Below are positions 34,965 through 48,224 of a DNA stretch of 53,622 nucleotides, in pieces. The notes under the pieces are model-generated. The model was given only the letters and a program-made list of their open reading frames with translations. It made no database searches and was not told the DNA's origin. Both the position numbers and the translations under genes were made by a program. The stretch's first letter is position 1; every line of letters starts with the position of its first letter. Origin of the DNA: Tubiluchus corallicola (Eukaryota > Animalia > Priapulida); assembly GCA_030141605.1 (NCBI GenBank), contig JAQGDQ010001230.1, positions 1 through 53,622 on the forward strand, read 5' to 3'.

Positions 34965-37115
34965 TAACCAAGTGTTTGAAAATGAACTTATAGAAATTGA
35001 ACTACTTTGTACATCAGCAGAAGGCTTATTAGGATACATAGATAAACTTTCTTTTATTAATAAGATTCAGTTATTTGTATGTCTGTATTTGTTAATTAAA
35101 AAAACGTCTCACACATTTTTAACCCGAGAAATGAGATGCACGAAGAATTAAAACATCGTTGGCTGTTTATACTCACCATACACCAAGTAAATTCACTAAC
35201 AGGATCTTTCAACTTTGAAAGAAAATACGCATTGGTGGAAAACGTATCATCGGGGAGCCCTGACCATCTGAGGTCAAAATCTTCCAAACTCTCACAAGGC
35301 ACGAGCTCTGTAAAAAAAGATATCAATGAATAAATATAGGAGAATCTGCTGTGATGAAATTTTAATTTATTAATTAATAAAATAATCATCTTGATGGTGT
35401 TAGTAATAATCGCAGTTCATATTTTACAGTATTATTTAATCACATTGTGCTTATTAAGACATATTTTGACATATCTATATAACGTTTACACCTTCTGTGT
35501 AAGGTAGATTATTTTTCGTATATATTGGACCAATATGTAAAAATTTTAATAGAACATCTTTTGCAAAAGCTTGATTACAGCAAAACCGGACCCAGTCTGA
35601 AACTGTAGGCCAAAACAAAACAAAGTCTTTAAAATATAGAAAGGAAACACTATTTTTTCAAGAATGACTAACGTGAAAGAATTATTACCACATAAACAAA
35701 TTTCGCACCAACTTGCGCGCATTTCACCCCTCGCTAATTAGACGATTTTTTGCGCCTGCCTCTTGGAAATGCATTAAACAAAAAATGGATGCTGTGCTTC
35801 CCTGTTAAGATGTGTTAGTTTGTGAAAGACTACACACATTTGACAGCTCATGCATGAGCACAGAGGTAAATTTGGAAAATGATTTTTTATCTTAAAACTT
35901 GCCTAGTTTTAGTATCACAAACTGAACATCTTACAGTAGCACTGTACTTTTGCTTTTACAAACATGTGCAACAAGCTCATGGAAATTTTTTGCTGTTGAA
36001 AATGATGTTAGTTTGTGACGTCATCAATAGTTGGGCTGGCATGTCATTAATTAAGATCTTAATGAATTATTTAAATTATCAGAAATGCTTTTGCAATATT
36101 AATTGTGTTAAAATGCATACTTTTTATTGGATTTGGAAATGGGCTAGTATATGAAAAATTATCCTGTCTTCCTTTAATATCCAGAAGATCTTATTCCAGG
36201 CAGCAGTTTTGATGCAGAGATTTAGATTCTTCAGGGAACCCAATACATACCCGGCCCTCCATTAATTCAGCAGTAAAATGTCTTGGCACTGGAACTCATC
36301 TTATTATGGCTGGCTTGAAGGCTCTAATTATGACACTTATGAAGCATCGTAAGATGTAATTCATCCCTGATAATTTAGGAAAATCTCCTTGGACTTACTA
36401 TTCACCCGACTGTCTCCCCGCAGGTTTTAGGGTGCTTTAGTTAAGCAGACGACCCTTTTGACCAATGGCACAGTAGCATTAGAATCATTAGAATCAGCAG
36501 AAGCGTGCAATACAAGTCGTTCACTACTATTATACTGCGAAATCATATCTTCTATTTTAGTCAGTTAGAATGCAATTTTTTTCTAATATTGGACAAAAAA
36601 TGCTTCGTGGGGGAAGTAGGTTTCTCCCCCTCTCTCGTTGTCTGCAAAAAAGAAGGTGTTACTTGTAATCAATTAGGGCCTGTCTCATTAAGACATATTT
36701 TTCTTACCGTTTTCTAATGTCTCATGAGCTTCCCTGACCTTAGAAGGTTAAGAAGCGCAAAATTGTCAGAGTATTGACCATCAGTTCCAGTACTTAATAT
36801 CAGCAGAAGCGTCAGAACCTGAAAATATTAATGATTTAGCAAGAGGCCAAAATTAATATGATATGATTATGATATTATAAGTACAACTACACATTTTACA
36901 AAATGTAGTTACGAATATTTGAAAAAGAAGCATAAAGACATCTATTTTATTTTATTTTTATTTATTTATAATACAGCTATGAACGAAGTCTAGATTTATA
37001 TGTCCATTAAAATGTCGTAAAAAATATCGACAATGTATAAAAAGTAAAATTACAGCTAAAAGTACAGAATGCATAGTACAATAAAAACACACAGTATGTG
37101 CAATTAATTAAAAGT
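34965..37115. repeat. Segmental duplication copy 2
   Basis: Collinear with ~26270-28560, moderately diverged. Confidence 0.92.
35177..35307 (-). CDS. Paralogous pentraxin-like exon (second gene or partial duplicate)
   Basis: Same splice sites and phase as 26470-26585. Reads ELVPCESLEDFDLRWSGLPDDTFSTNAYFLSKLKDPVSEFTWCM, an in-frame +15 nt difference. Downstream exons not found. Confidence 0.6.
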
Positions 37116-38559
37116 GCAGGTAAAATGGATGCAAAACTGATTGGTACGATAAAATTGTAAAATTTTCCGTAAAAAAATTACAAATTACATGATTTCGCAA
37201 ATCACACGTTTCCTAGTAAATATTTTTAAAAAAGTTTCATTTATTTAAAATACTCGCTTCTTTTGTTTTACTGGGTAAATTATTCCGCATTTTAGCACCA
37301 TTGTACATGACAGAATGTTTCATAGCATTGGTCCTACTTTAAGATCATGAAGTTTGTGGTATTGTCGAGTTTGCTATGAATGCATACTCTGCTATTATAA
37401 TTGAAAATACGGTGACAAGTCGGGCGTGTTTCAGCGTGGAAGTATAAAGGAACAGCCAAGCAACACTTTTTGCATATTTTGCATTTGATTACAATTTCGA
37501 TTTACATTATGATATAAACAAATTTGTTTACTCTCCCTGAAATGAGGTTTCATTTGACTTTTCAAAATTCAAAACGACATACTTCGTAAGTTGTGCGTGA
37601 CGTAAGCAAAATGAAATTTCAACGTCCAAAATTAAATTCATATTTGACATCATTTAATCTGTGAAATTAAATTAAGAACAAAGTTTGCAAATTAACAATG
37701 AATCACAATGTCACACCAACGAAATTTGTCCAGTAGGTGTATAGGTCAGAATCCTTTATGCAAATTCTAAATTGACTTTAAAGTGACTGATTAATTAAGC
37801 ATAATTATATTAATGCAAATAACAAATTCCCTGTACAGGATGCAAAACTAGTGTTTTTACATAAAGAATTTTTTTACTTATTGCAATATTTTTACTTAAA
37901 ATAGATTGTATATTATACTTAATAATATGGCTGGCATTATCAGACTGTTTGCCATTGCACTCTACAATTTAATATTAATAATCACACTATAATAATAATA
38001 ATAATAGCTATTGTTAATTACTAGAAGACACGCAGGCTCTATACATGTATGTGAACTTTCATCTTATAGCAATGTTTAAATAGACAATTTCGGGTTAGTG
38101 GCCCAAATGATTGTCGTATTCAGTCCAGAGACAAACACTGACATAGACTTTAGCGAACAACATTTTTGCGACACATGGAAAACTAGGCTTAATTACTCAT
38201 TGCTAATTGCGTTCTTACTTGCACAACTGTCGTAATTAGTAAAATCTACAAAGTTCTGTGACAGGCACGGAAAGTTTAACTCGACGTAAAACAGTTTAAA
38301 ACGAAACAGGAAGTGTTACCTTAGGGCACAGCTTTGGGACCTAATCTGTTTTACGTAAGAGTTTAACTGCAGTTTTACATGAAGTAGGGAATATAGGGGA
38401 GGAAGGCAGATATATACTAGTTTACAGATATATACTAGATATATAAAAAGCGAGTTTACAGCGAATTTTATAAATAAAACTTACATGCAATTCACTCGTA
38501 ACGCCGAACACACGTCGAACGTCGCCATTGAAATTTAGGAAATAAGGCACGAGTGCCAT

Positions 38560-38945
38560 CTATTGCCGACAAAATAATTTAAATGTTGCAGCTCTTTGGT
38601 TTACACAGGAAAATCTTAAAAATAAAATTGCCGTATGTCATTTGAATGCGTAGCTGTATAACAACTGAATCAAAGTTGAACTTTGGGGCACTAAAAAAAT
38701 TGAACAAAGAAAAACTAAGATGGGTAGGACATTTAATTAGATTGCTAGAAACAACACCAGAAAGATGGGCCCTAAAACCCGCTAAACTTCTAGGCAAACC
38801 AAAAACAACATGCCGAATTAATGAATTATCCGCATCTAAGACCAAAGTTAACAATAACATCGCAAGAGTGGAGAACTTTAGTTGCAGACAGGGAACACTA
38901 AACTATTCTAATAAGGGCGGCTCGATATCTACGACGTTTACAGCA
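38560..38945 (+). mobile_element. RTE-clade LINE 3' fragment
   Basis: KLRWVGHLIRL...P...AL....GKPKTT resembles the RTE ORF C-terminus (RLRWLGHV.RM...P..AL...RGRP..TW). Confidence 0.6.
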
Positions 38946-40924
38946 AGTTAGCGACAGAAGAAAAAAGGAACATGGATGGCCTGGAACACTGGGACAATGT
39001 ATGGTCTAAATTTAGAAGAAACGCTATTATAATTGTCCTGTGTTAGTGTACGTCTGATCTGAGCTAAAAAGCAGAGAGTGAGAGAGCGAAAGAGAATAAA
39101 AAATAGAAAAAGAAAGAAAGAAAAGAAACATACAAACAAACGAAGGTGGAATGAACGAATGTATGAAGGAACAAGTAAACAAGTGTGTGAGTGAAAAAGT
39201 CACACTGGATAAATAAAAGAAAGAAGAAACGAATTAACCCTTTCATACCCATTGTATCCCATGGTATACGAGAATATTTTCTGCATTCAAAATTAGTAAA
39301 ATTTTACAACTTTTGTGGTTAAATTTATTGACAGCACAAGAAATAAATTATTTTGCACAGAAAACAAAATTTTCACATTTTTTAAACAGAATCACACATT
39401 TTGCACTCAAAATCAATATTACACTTCACTAAAAACTTTAATTCTGCTCACGTGCTCTGTTCACGCTTATAGCAAGACTAAACGGTGAATGATTTGCTTG
39501 AGTTGTCTCGTCCTCGTGCCACTGAATGTTACGCCTATAAACTGGCGTGTTGAGGTTCATCACCAGGAAAGCTTTTTAACTCCGCCTCATATTCTTGCGC
39601 ACACGCAAAATAGTGCCAATAATGTCATCAAAAATTGAACATTCTCATAAACAAAAAGTTCTTTAACATTTTAATTCAAAATCGTCCATCTTACCCATAC
39701 CTTTTCTTGCTGGGAAGAATTTGTAGAAACCTAAATAAAATGCAATAAATTGCTATAAAATAATACTGAATTTAATTCTGAATTTACTTAGATAGATTTT
39801 AATACAGAGCAGCAATTTCAAAGAGTCTCAAATAATTTATTTAAATATTATGATTGGAATAATGGACCTGATTTGTGTGTTTTGCTTAGAGCATGTGAAA
39901 TAGTGAATATGGTAATAAGACGATAATAATTGGTTAAAATTGCGTGCAAATCTTTTTTAACCAAATCTTCATTCATGCGCCATTTTTAATTTGATCGCAC
40001 TGCAAAATACTTCATATGTGTTTATTAAGCTGGATAAATCATCATACATAAAAAGCATTGTGAAACTTTTGGGCAATTTATTTAAAACTAGTATGGATTT
40101 GTATGTCATGAAAATCTTTTCAAGGTTGTTTATTGCCTTCCCAATTATATATCACTCTGATATTCCTGGGAAAATTCCTGCCGTCTCATTACAAATAGGA
40201 TTATAATTATCACCAATTCAGATCAGAGTTGCTCTTTGTATGTTATAAGAAGCTTGTCAAACTGATTATCTCAACCCAGTGAATTGCTCTGGGAGAGTGG
40301 AAATTTTTCTGGGAGAGTTCCTCAGATCCGGATTATAATTATCAACAATTTCAATCAGTTTCGTGTTTCTTTTATATAAATTTTGAAAATTATAGTTGCT
40401 CTTTGTGAATTTTAAGATGAGGTGTCGTAATTGGTTTTCACTGTGAGATTTCAGATTTATCGCTAAAATGATCAGACATTCTTTGATTATAAAACACCTG
40501 TCACGCCTCTAGTGGTTTGTTTAAGAGAATTTAGCGAAATTATCAATAAAATTATCTGACATCCTTTGTAGATAATTCACACGCCATTATTCAAGTGGTT
40601 TTGTTAAAAGGATTTTGTAAATTTGCTGTTAATAATGAGCTCTCCGCTGAGTGTAACAGAAGGTCTCTGTGATTTTTTAAAATTATAATATTAATGGTAA
40701 TTCCAACTTCGTATTTGTGAATGCCAAGTGGCTTGCTCTATAGAACTTCATGAAATTCTAATGAAATGCGTAGACAATGCAGAATATTTTAGTTGCTTTC
40801 ATCACAACAACTCAAACTATTTCACGAAATTAAATTTCCTCTTATCAAATTTTAAAACCGTAATAAAATTATCTGTAATTTCAATCATTATGTAACTGGG
40901 CGCAATATATTGATAATAGAAGGG

Positions 40925-42435
40925 CCTTGTGAGTTACGAAAAACCCTTCAAGGTTGGTCATTGCTCTGTGTTCATCCAGTCATACCACACGGGATAATCC
41001 TGGGAAAATTCCTCACGTCAATTCCTCACATGAAGGATTATAATTATCAATGATTTTAACCACTATTATGCTGTCGTGGTGAATTACTGAAAATTATAGC
41101 TGCTCTTTGTGTGTTGCCTGTTTGGGCATCTGTAATTGTTTGTAGTTTTGAACAGGTTTGTAGATTTAATAAATGCATCATTTGCAAATAATATGATTAC
41201 AGTGTCTTAAGTATTCTAGTTTACAGAATTTAATCAGAAAAAATTGATATTAACTATCCTGCTTTTTGTTCAGAGCAGAGAGCGCATTGCAAAAAGATAT
41301 TGCAAGAATACTAAAATTGCTTGAAAATTACAACACTGCTGTCACAGTCGCTTATGTGAATATGTATATACATATACAGCATAAATTGTTCGGGTGTCGG
41401 GTTCTCGCCACCAGGGTCGTAGTAATCGCCCTGGACAAAACACATAGAGATGAATTGACCCTTGAGGGTTCAACACTCCCTCACACTGAGGAAACAGAAT
41501 GCTGCGCTTGTATTTGAAAACTTTGTACAGGTGAATTACGTGAGTGTTTAACTTTGAGCCAATCAGAATGCAGGATTTGCACAGGTAAAATACGTGAGTG
41601 TTTAACTTTCAGCCAATCAGAACGCAGGATTTGTGAATTTTATGCAGGTATGATAAGTACATTTTTGACTTACAGAGGTGTTTTACTTTAACGCCACATT
41701 GAAATAACATGCAGGCCGCATATCTGTGTCCTTGAGTGAGTGAAAGTTTGAATGCAAAACAGCCCAGCAATGTATAAGGCAATATTTATATAATACTTTA
41801 ATACTGCAATTTATACTATATCTTTGAAATTTTGTATATAATTTTCACATACATCTATATGATTATTTGCAATGCAGCCTCACTATACGGCAAAATATGA
41901 TGTTTGAAATTTTACAGGCTGTCAGCAATTTTGACATAACTACTTGAAATCCAAAGCGCAAAGCATTACTAATAGAATCGTAATTATGATGTTTTAAATC
42001 CCACCCCACGGCACTTGAGATGCTGTTTGCGCCCTGCAAAGAAAGAGGCTAATAGCTGTAATCAGGATTTTATAAAATGCTGCAGATCTCCTGTGATAGG
42101 GTCTGCTTGCTGCACACAAAGCGAGAGAGTCACTTCAATTACATCAGTTTATGAAATCCTTTAAACCTCTTGAGACACGATAAATACCGTTTACAAAGAG
42201 ATTAAGTCTTTTATTATCAGCCTCATCAAATCCATTAGCGCACTTCAGACATCCTTTGTATGTAACTCACAAAGAGCAGCTATAATTTTCAGTAATTCAC
42301 TTGGACAACATAATAATGATTGAATTCAATGATAATTATAATCCCTCATTTTAAATTAGTGTGTGGAATTTTCCCAGGATTATATCCCTGGTGGGTAATG
42401 ACCAGCCTTGAAGAGCTTTTCACATTGCACAAAGA
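40925..42435. repeat. Diverged inverted repeat pair (~40925-41112 and ~42268-42435) within a complex repeat region
   Basis: GTGAATTACTGAAA(A)TTATAGCTGCTCTTTGTG, GGATTATAATTATCA and ATAATCCTGGGAAAATTCC occur as reverse complements in the second arm. Confidence 0.7.
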
Positions 42436-43204
42436 GCGATTCTGTAATTCAGAAATGTAACACAGAATAAATTGCATCTCTATTTTAATGGCTGATGTTT
42501 AAGACATGGGAGAAATTTATCCACGATTGTTCACGGGGGGGGGGGGGTCACATGCCGTGATTCATGTGTCTGTTTAATAGGACTTTGTGAAATTTTCGTA
42601 AAATTATCTGACATTCTTTGTAGATAATGCGCATGTCGTTTCAAGTATTTGCTGCCCAGCTTTGTATACTGATGTAATGAAAGATTTGGATATTTATTCT
42701 GGAGTTGGATATCATTTTGTAATTTGGTTTGAATGAACTCTTGCTGATTTCTCATGAAAAAACAGGATTCGTGACATGGAGGAACCATCCTGATGGATTA
42801 TCTACTCGGATTAAAAGAAAATCATAATTTGAATCCACCAAATTACCTTGATTAATCTTATAAATTAATGTCTGCAAGCGTAGTGGTTTGGCACATAGCG
42901 CTTGCGTTTATAACAGTCGGGTTGCTATTTGTGTAGTTGTTGCACGCTACTGCCATCTAGCAGGAGTTTTGTAAAGCTAATGCTCACTGACTTGCCTGCT
43001 TGCCCTCTACCTACTTTCGAATAATGGTTGCTGTGAAGCCTGTGTTCTAGATCTAGATTAACACCTGTAATTAAGATTTTGCTGCTATTTATTTATTAAG
43101 ATACGGCATAGCAAAATCTTACTGTTTTCTATAGAGTTATTATTACATATTCTGCACAACTTTAATACTTAATAACTCATAAGCCTAGCAAGCTAAGAAC
43201 ACCA

Positions 43205-43620
43205 AATTCACTAGATCTGTAATTTGTTGCACTCGTAATCAAATCTGCTTTGTAAAGTGGAATTATTTTCGCCATTTCTAGTGGAAACTTGACAAAATGT
43301 ATTTGTTGTAAGATTAAGGATAATATAAGATTTTTTATATAAAAATTAGAGTTATCGTTTTCCAAATTCTTCTAATATTGTTTTTAGTATTTATTTTCAG
43401 GTTTAGCAATGATAATTATTTTGTTTGCATATTTCTCTAACGTGATTCAGTTTATTAGAGTACGTTTTGTAATGTTTTTTTATATGCTGTGCCTTTAAGA
43501 AAGTCCGTGTCCATTGAACATTTTTATTGATTTTAGGATACCTATGGTGACCGATGTTGTGATGAGGTTGTGTTAGCCTATCTCTCAAAGAAAGGTAACA
43601 AGATGTTATATATTTGAGTA
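43205..43620 (-). mobile_element. Degraded CR1/L2-type LINE ORF2 fragments
   Basis: YKTYSNKLNHVREICKQNNY and FPLEMAKIIPLYKAD....TNYR are typical of the region just before the RT domain. Confidence 0.65.
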
Positions 43621-44233
43621 CCAAAAACTTCCATTTCGTAACTCTTGCAAATACACAATAAATGACGCTAACAATAAACCAGTAAAGTGAAATTAGATTT
43701 TTCCTTCAACTACGATCATACGTTACCCCGTCTTTAAGAAATTGTTGATATTGATAAATCTCTCGTTCCACAGAGTGAAGGACAGCATGAACACGGTGCC
43801 AAGGCGAGGGTGCTGCAGGAGCCACTGGGCATAATTGTTGGCACACATCACATTCCTTTGTACTGTTAACGATGTCTCTGTCAAAATCCGGCCACTGGAC
43901 AATTGACCGTGCTAAAGATTTTCTGTTGTTGTTTGTTAATTCATTATTTCGTTAACTTGTTGGCTTGATGATGAAATGAATGCAGGGAATAATTAAGCTC
44001 CTGGGTTATAATAAAAGTGCATAAGACCAAGTGTGATAGTATAGTATATTTTAAAAAGTGAAAAGTCTCATGAAGAGATTCAAGGAGCACTACTCAGAAG
44101 TTAAGACTAACTAACTATCCTGCACCTCATAACTAAAAGTAAAAATAACTCTTACATAAGAATGCCTAAATGAATTTGTTCACTGATTGGTCAGAGGGCG
44201 GAGCCAACACTGAGTTCGATAGCCCCTAGCTCT

Positions 44234-45966
44234 TAAACATTAGAGGCTGTCATTTGCTTGCAACCTGTCACAGGATGCGTGACTTGGACAGTGGACAGTG
44301 GTAAACATTAGAGGCTGTCATTTGCTTGCAACCTGTCACAGGATGCGTGACTTGCACAGTGGACAGTGGTAAACATTAGAGACTGTCATTTGCTTGCAAC
44401 CTGTCACAGGATGCGTGACTTGCACAGTGGACAGTGGTAAACATTAGAGGTTGTCATTTGCTTGCAACCTGTCACAGGATGCGTGACTTGGACAGTGGTA
44501 AACATTAGAGGTTGTCATTTGCTTGCAACCTGTCACAGGATGCGTGACTTGGATAGTGGTAAACATTAGAGGTTGTCATTTGCTTGCAACCTGTCACAGG
44601 ATGCGTGACTTGCACAGTGGACAGTGGTAAACATTAGAGACTGTCATTTGCTTGCAACCTGTCACAGGATGCGTGACTTGCACAGTGGACAGTGGTAAAC
44701 ATTAGAGACTGTCATTTGCTTGCAACCTGTCACAGGATGCGTGACTTGCACAGTGGACAGTGGTAAACATTAGAGACTGTCATTTGCTTGCAACTTGTCA
44801 CAGGATGCGTGACTTGCACAGTGGACAGTGGTAAACATTAGAGACTGTCATTTGCTTGCAACCTGTCACAGGATGCGTGACTTGCACAGTGGACAGTGGT
44901 AAACATTAGAGGTTGTCATTTGCTTGCAACCTGTCACAGGATGCGTGACTTGCACAGTGGACAGTGGTAAACATTAGAGACTGTCATTTGCTTGCAACTT
45001 GTCACAGGATGCGTGACTTGCACAGTGGACAGTGGTAAACATTAGAGACTGTCATTTGCTTGCAACTTGTCACAGGATGCGTGACTTGCACAGTGGACAG
45101 TGGTAAACATTAGAGGCTGTCATTTGCTTGCAACCTGTCACAGGATGCGTGACTTGCACAGTGGACAGTGGTAAACATTAGAGACTGTCATTTGCTTGCA
45201 ACCTGTCACAGGATGCGTGACTTGCACAGTGGACAGTGGTAAACATTAGAGGCTGTCATTTGCTTGCAACCTGTCACAGGATGCGTGACTTGCACAGTGG
45301 ACAGTGGTAAACATTAGAGGTTGTCATTTGCTTGCAACCTGTCACAGGATGCGTGACTTGCACAGTGGACAGTGGTAAACATTAGAGGTTGTCATTTGCT
45401 TGCAACCTGTCACATGCGTGACTTGGACAGTGGACAGTGGTAAACATTAGAGGTTGTCATTTGCTTGCAACCTGTCACAGGATGCGTGACTTGCACAGTG
45501 GACAGTGGTAAACATTAGAGACTGTCATTTGCTTGCAACCTGTCACATGCGTGACTTGGACAGTGGACAGTGGTAAACATTAGAGACTGTCATTTGCTTG
45601 CAACCTGTCACAGGATGCGTGACTTGCACAGTGGACAGTGGTAAACATTAGAGGCTGTCATTTGCTTGCAACCTGTCACAGGATGCGTGACTTGCACAGT
45701 GGACAGTGGTAAACATTAGAGACTGTCATTTGCTTGCAACCTGTCACATGCGTGACTTGGACAGTGGTAAACATTAGATGTTGTCATTTGCTTGCAACCT
45801 GTCACAGGATGCGTGACTTGCACAGTGGACAGTGGTAAACATTAGAGACTGTCATTTGCTTGCAACCTGTCACAGGATGCGTGACTTGCACAGTGGACAG
45901 TGGTAAACATTAGAGACTGTCATTTGCTTGCAACTTGTCACAGGATGCGTGACTGGACAGTGGACA
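44234..45966. repeat. 68-bp tandem repeat, ~26 copies
   Basis: Unit TAAACATTAGAGACTGTCATTTGCTTGCAACCTGTCACAGGATGCGTGACTTGCACAGTGGACAGTGG; period checked 44234 to 44302. Confidence 0.97.
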
Positions 45967-48224
45967 AGAGTCTTACATGTAATATGAAATGCGTGCATAA
46001 CGCAAATACAAACTTGTTTAAACAGAGTGAATGCGCTAGTGTTATATTATCCGTTTAATTGTAATTAACGATAATTTATTTAAATTAATTCGTTTTAACT
46101 TAATTTCGTAAAATTTTAACAATTTTTGCATGATTCTCTTTCCTGTTTAACTTTTTAACTGCCAAGTTTAACTTCTGGATCATATGTCTAACCACCCACA
46201 TTTACCTGATCGACAGTTAAAAAAGTTAAATTAGCAGCAGCAGAACGAGATCAAATCTTGGCAACTGGAACAAAAATTGAATTGATAGAAAGACTAACAC
46301 ATTTTTATTACGTTCTGTGTTAAAACAGTGTATTTTTGTTAATCATCATTTCCAATCAACTCTTTTATCTCGTGTCTTATATGGATTTTGTGTTATGAGA
46401 ACTCGACTGCGTTTTCTCAAAAATGTAGAACTTGAACATGGGATCACGTTTTGGCCCTTTGACAATTACAATAAAAACGATATTGATGAAAGACTAACAC
46501 ATTTTTATTACGTTTTATGTTAAAACAGTGTAATTTTGCTTAATGATCATTTCTAGTCAACTGTTTAAGCAACATCTCGTATGTTACACAGATGTTGTGT
46601 TAGGAGAACTCTAATGATTTTTTCAAAATATAACTTAAATTGATGTTCTATATATTATGCACGAGCACCTTGTTCTTTATTCAAGATGATTGAAAGAAAC
46701 ACTTAATCGCTATTTTGTTTGTCTAGGCATATCATTTATGAGCATAAAATGAAAATGTCTAATTTACAAGCAATCATATGAAAACAAAAAAATTCTCTTT
46801 CATGTTCGGTTTTTCCCAACGACTCAATGTGGTTTCCTCAGATGCAGTCGAAGGAAAATATTTGTCACAAGTACAATGTCAACAGGAATAAGCTTAAGTT
46901 AATATTGGCCGTCAACTTACTTAAAGAAAAGGGCACCAATCAACACACGAGTTTATGAGTTTTCAATTTATGTATTACAGTATTTACCTTACTCTTAATG
47001 GCAGGTCTTCTTCACCATCGAGACAAGGAAAATTTCACGGTAGCTCGTTAAGGCATTCTGTGACTATATTTCCTCCTCATGGCAGGGTCTTAACACAACA
47101 TGTCGTCAGGCCTACCGATGGATACTACTATTCTGCCAGCAAGACTAGTTATTTGGCTATACTCCTCCCTCGGACATGGATGAATTTAAGCCGCTTTTTG
47201 CAAAATTGCAGGAGCTTCTAATGTCTTACAAACCGATGATCAAACAAATTATATATTCTCTACTTTGAAAAGATTCTTTTTCTCATTACCTCAAAACCAA
47301 TTCCTCTAACAGTCTGCAAGTCAGTTAGTACGTAAATATTATGGTGTTTCTGCGATATGAGGGCGGGTGCATTTTTTGAGGCTTTCAGTATATATTTATT
47401 ATATATATAAAATCAATGTTAAACTACAATGAGTGTCAATGCAGAAATAATGCCCAAATGATCTATGTTTTCGAGTTCTATCTTGCGTCCAAATGACCTA
47501 CGTATCTTCAATGCCTTGTGCCCTAATTAGTTATGTGTCCAAACTGCCTTGTGCCCAAATTGCCCTGTTTTCCAGGGCCAGCTCTGAATAATTCGACGCC
47601 CTAAGCAAACGTATTTTTAGCGCTTTTTCCTCAACACTTAACCATTTGCATGACAACATGCACCCGGGTTCGTAAATTGAATTTTCGTTATACGTAATAA
47701 AGTACAATGGTTCCTACATGTTAGATATATTTATGAAATGTAATGTGCTATATACCTATAGTTAATAGCTTTTGTTGATTTGAAATTGAATTTATGATAC
47801 TGTAGAACATCTTTGGTCTTCAGGAACAGTCAAAGTTATTGCAGTTTCTGTTCCACATTCTTCATGAACATGCTCTTGTCTCGCTCAGACTTTCCATTGG
47901 AAAATTTTAAAAAAACTAATACCTCTTTTTAGCGCACATTCAATTTACTAGTTTCATCATCTTCGCAACCATAACTCTGGTCTGGTTGTAAATACTTCAT
48001 TAGCCAATCTGTTTGCTGTTCAATGTGCGCCAGCTTTTTAACTTTCGTTTCCTGATTTACGATACTGAAGGCTTCAATTGTTATTGGTTGATCTACCATA
48101 ATTAGATAAATGCTTTTTCAATAACTTTTTTCATTAATGGAAATAGTTGTTACTTTCTCTGCTGCTTTTGGCAATAGCAGGGTAATGTGTCAGTACTCAG
48201 TAGTGTCTTGCGAAGCCTAGGGAA

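Noticed and set aside
39234-39275. TTAACCCTTTC piggyBac-like terminus
   Set aside because: No matching opposite terminus found.
44234-45966. CACAGTG (RAG RSS heptamer / Transib end) in most 68-bp units
   Set aside because: No ACAAAAACC-like nonamer at 12 or 23 bp and no transposase; a single chance 7-mer amplified with the repeat.
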